A stretch of 64,000 nucleotides of DNA from an uncultured Gammaproteobacteria bacterium (lineage in GTDB: Bacteria > Patescibacteriota > Patescibacteriia > Veblenbacterales > UBA10138), in contig CAYVOI010000001.1 of the NCBI GenBank assembly GCA_964453605.1, positions 420,095-484,094 of the forward strand, written 5' to 3'. This document shows, piece by piece, positions 62,573 to 64,000 of the stretch (positions are counted from its first letter, which is position 1; each line of letters opens with the position of its first letter). A model generated the notes under the pieces. The model saw only the letters and a program-made list of their open reading frames with translations. It ran no database searches and was not told the origin of the DNA. A program made the position numbers and the translations under genes.

Positions 62573-64000
62573 ATGGAACCGTCACACATTCGTAATTTCT
62601 GTATTATCGCTCATATTGATCATGGAAAGTCGACCTTGGCCGATAGGTTCCTGGAGGTTACAGGTACCGTAGCGAAGCGCGATATGCGCGCGCAGCTCCT
62701 TGACCAAATGGATTTGGAACGTGAGCGGGGCATAACCATTAAGCTGCAGCCGGTCGCCATGCACTGGCGCGGGCACTTGCTCAACCTCATCGACACCCCG
62801 GGGCACGTCGACTTTACCTACGAGGTGTCGCGTTCTCTGGCCTGCGTGGAGGGCGCCATACTCTTAGTAGACGCCACCCAGGGTATACAGGCACAGACCA
62901 TAGCTAACTTTGAGCTGGCACGTGAGCAGAAGCTCAAAGTTATTCCGGCGGTGAATAAAATAGATATGCCCGCCGCCAATGTGGAGAGCGTAGTGGCAGA
63001 ACTCTGTCAGTTAGTAGGTTGCACGCCTTCAGACGTGTTGAAAGTTTCAGCCAAAGATGGCACAGGGGTAGAAACGTTGCTCCAAGCTGTCTTGGACCGA
63101 GTACCGCCACCAAAAGCTAGTGCGCCTGCAGCTACTACCAGGGCACTCATTTTTGACTCAGCCTACGACGATTTTCGCGGCGTGGTGGCGGCGGTGAGGG
63201 TGGTAGATGGTACCTTAGGTAAGGGTGGTCAGTACCGACTCTTAGGTAGTGGTGCGACTGGGGAACTTTTAGAAGTTGGGACCTACACGCCAAAACTTAA
63301 GCCAACTGATGCTTTGGGACCTGGTGAAATTGGTTATGTGGTCACTGGTCTTAAAGACATCCGCCAAGCCAGAGTTGGTGACACCATAGTCACTGGTGCA
63401 GGCACACCCGAGCCGTTGCCTGGCTACCGCGAGGTAAAACCCATGGTGTTCGCTGGGTTTTACCCAGGGGTGGGGGAGAGTGCAGATAAGCTCAGGGATT
63501 CGTTGGGAAAGCTTAAGCTTAGCGATGCCAGTTTAAACTTTGAGGGTGAACATTCGCAAGCACTAGGGTTTGGTTTTCGGTGTGGGTTTTTAGGGTTACT
63601 CCACCTTGATATTGCCCGTGAACGTTTGAAACGCGAGTACAACCTCAAGGTCACCATAACCACGCCCTCGGTCGCGTACGAAGCTGATCTCAAAACCGGT
63701 GAGCAGCTTAGTGTTCATGGACCCTTGGAGCTGCCGACGCCAGACCGCATTCTCGAGATTCGCGAGCCGGTGGTTAAAGTTGATATTGTTACACCCATGG
63801 ATTACCTCGGGAACCTGATGGCAATGGTTCAAGAGTTCAGGGGTACCTACCGCACCACCGATTACCTGGGTGAGGGCGAGCACAACACGCGAGCAGTTTT
63901 ACGCTACGAGTTACCTTTGAATGCCATACTGGTCGATTTTTACGACCAGGTGAAGAGCGTTAGCGCAGGGTATGCCTCGCTGAACTACGAATTTCTAGCC
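62573..64000 (+). CDS. lepA: Elongation factor 4, 3'-partial (missing from the ORF track)
   Basis: MEPSHIRNFCIIAHIDHGKSTLADR, ERERGITIK, LIDTPGHVDF, NKID, GFRCGFLGLLH; open to the window end. Confidence 0.97.
   Translation, partial: MEPSHIRNFCIIAHIDHGKSTLADRFLEVTGTVAKRDMRAQLLDQMDLERERGITIKLQPVAMHWRGHLLNLIDTPGHVDFTYEVSRSLACVEGAILLVDATQGIQAQTIANFELAREQKLKVIPAVNKIDMPAANVESVVAELCQLVGCTPSDVLKVSAKDGTGVETLLQAVLDRVPPPKASAPAATTRALIFDSAYDDFRGVVAAVRVVDGTLGKGGQYRLLGSGATGELLEVGTYTPKLKPTDALGPGEIGYVVTGLKDIRQARVGDTIVTGAGTPEPLPGYREVKPMVFAGFYPGVGESADKLRDSLGKLKLSDASLNFEGEHSQALGFGFRCGFLGLLHLDIARERLKREYNLKVTITTPSVAYEADLKTGEQLSVHGPLELPTPDRILEIREPVVKVDIVTPMDYLGNLMAMVQEFRGTYRTTDYLGEGEHNTRAVLRYELPLNAILVDFYDQVKSVSAGYASLNYEFLA

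Noticed and set aside
1-64000. CRISPR array, cas genes, rRNA, IS transposase, prophage structural genes
   Set aside because: No regularly spaced repeats or recognisable motifs seen by eye; weak or degenerate cases cannot be excluded without a search.
1-64000. Alternative genetic code (TGA = Gly, code 25)
   Set aside because: Conserved genes are full length under code 11, and several end at TGA in the expected place (murF, tgt, sufS).

Overview
Bacterial chromosome segment using genetic code 11 (TGA is a stop, e.g. murF and pfkB). Gene content (DUF4012, Gmad2, DUF5654, short HrcA, many orphans) points to a Patescibacteria/CPR genome; this is an inference. The GC-rich backbone runs: ftsI-like PBP, murF, tRNA-Glu(CTC), tgt-queA-acyP, an AbrB-led MacAB-like ABC exporter, a CIRCE-controlled hrcA-grpE-hsp20-dnaK-dnaJ operon, plsY, dus, cysS, Rrf2-sod-sufCBDSU, pfkB-nudix-pduL-ackA, a 2-oxoacid:ferredoxin oxidoreductase alpha/beta pair, recJ, rnhA, RNase P RNA, a polysaccharide locus, a probable 6S RNA, murJ and lepA. 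An AT-rich island of about 5.7 kb is integrated at tRNA-Glu. It carries a large serine recombinase, a multi-hairpin non-coding element, a PD-(D/E)xK nuclease and a wHTH + PLD-like gene pair. The most unusual signal recurs at three conserved genes (hsp20, oxidoreductase beta, lepA): the gene terminus is duplicated and a hairpin sits exactly at the junction with the orphaned copy. In hsp20 and lepA the working copy is synonymously recoded. The hsp20 hairpin element also occurs in frame inside the oxidoreductase alpha gene. Also present are a likely remote DGR target gene and a split between leaderless core genes and SD-led orphan cassettes. All family assignments come from motif recognition by eye; no database searches were run.
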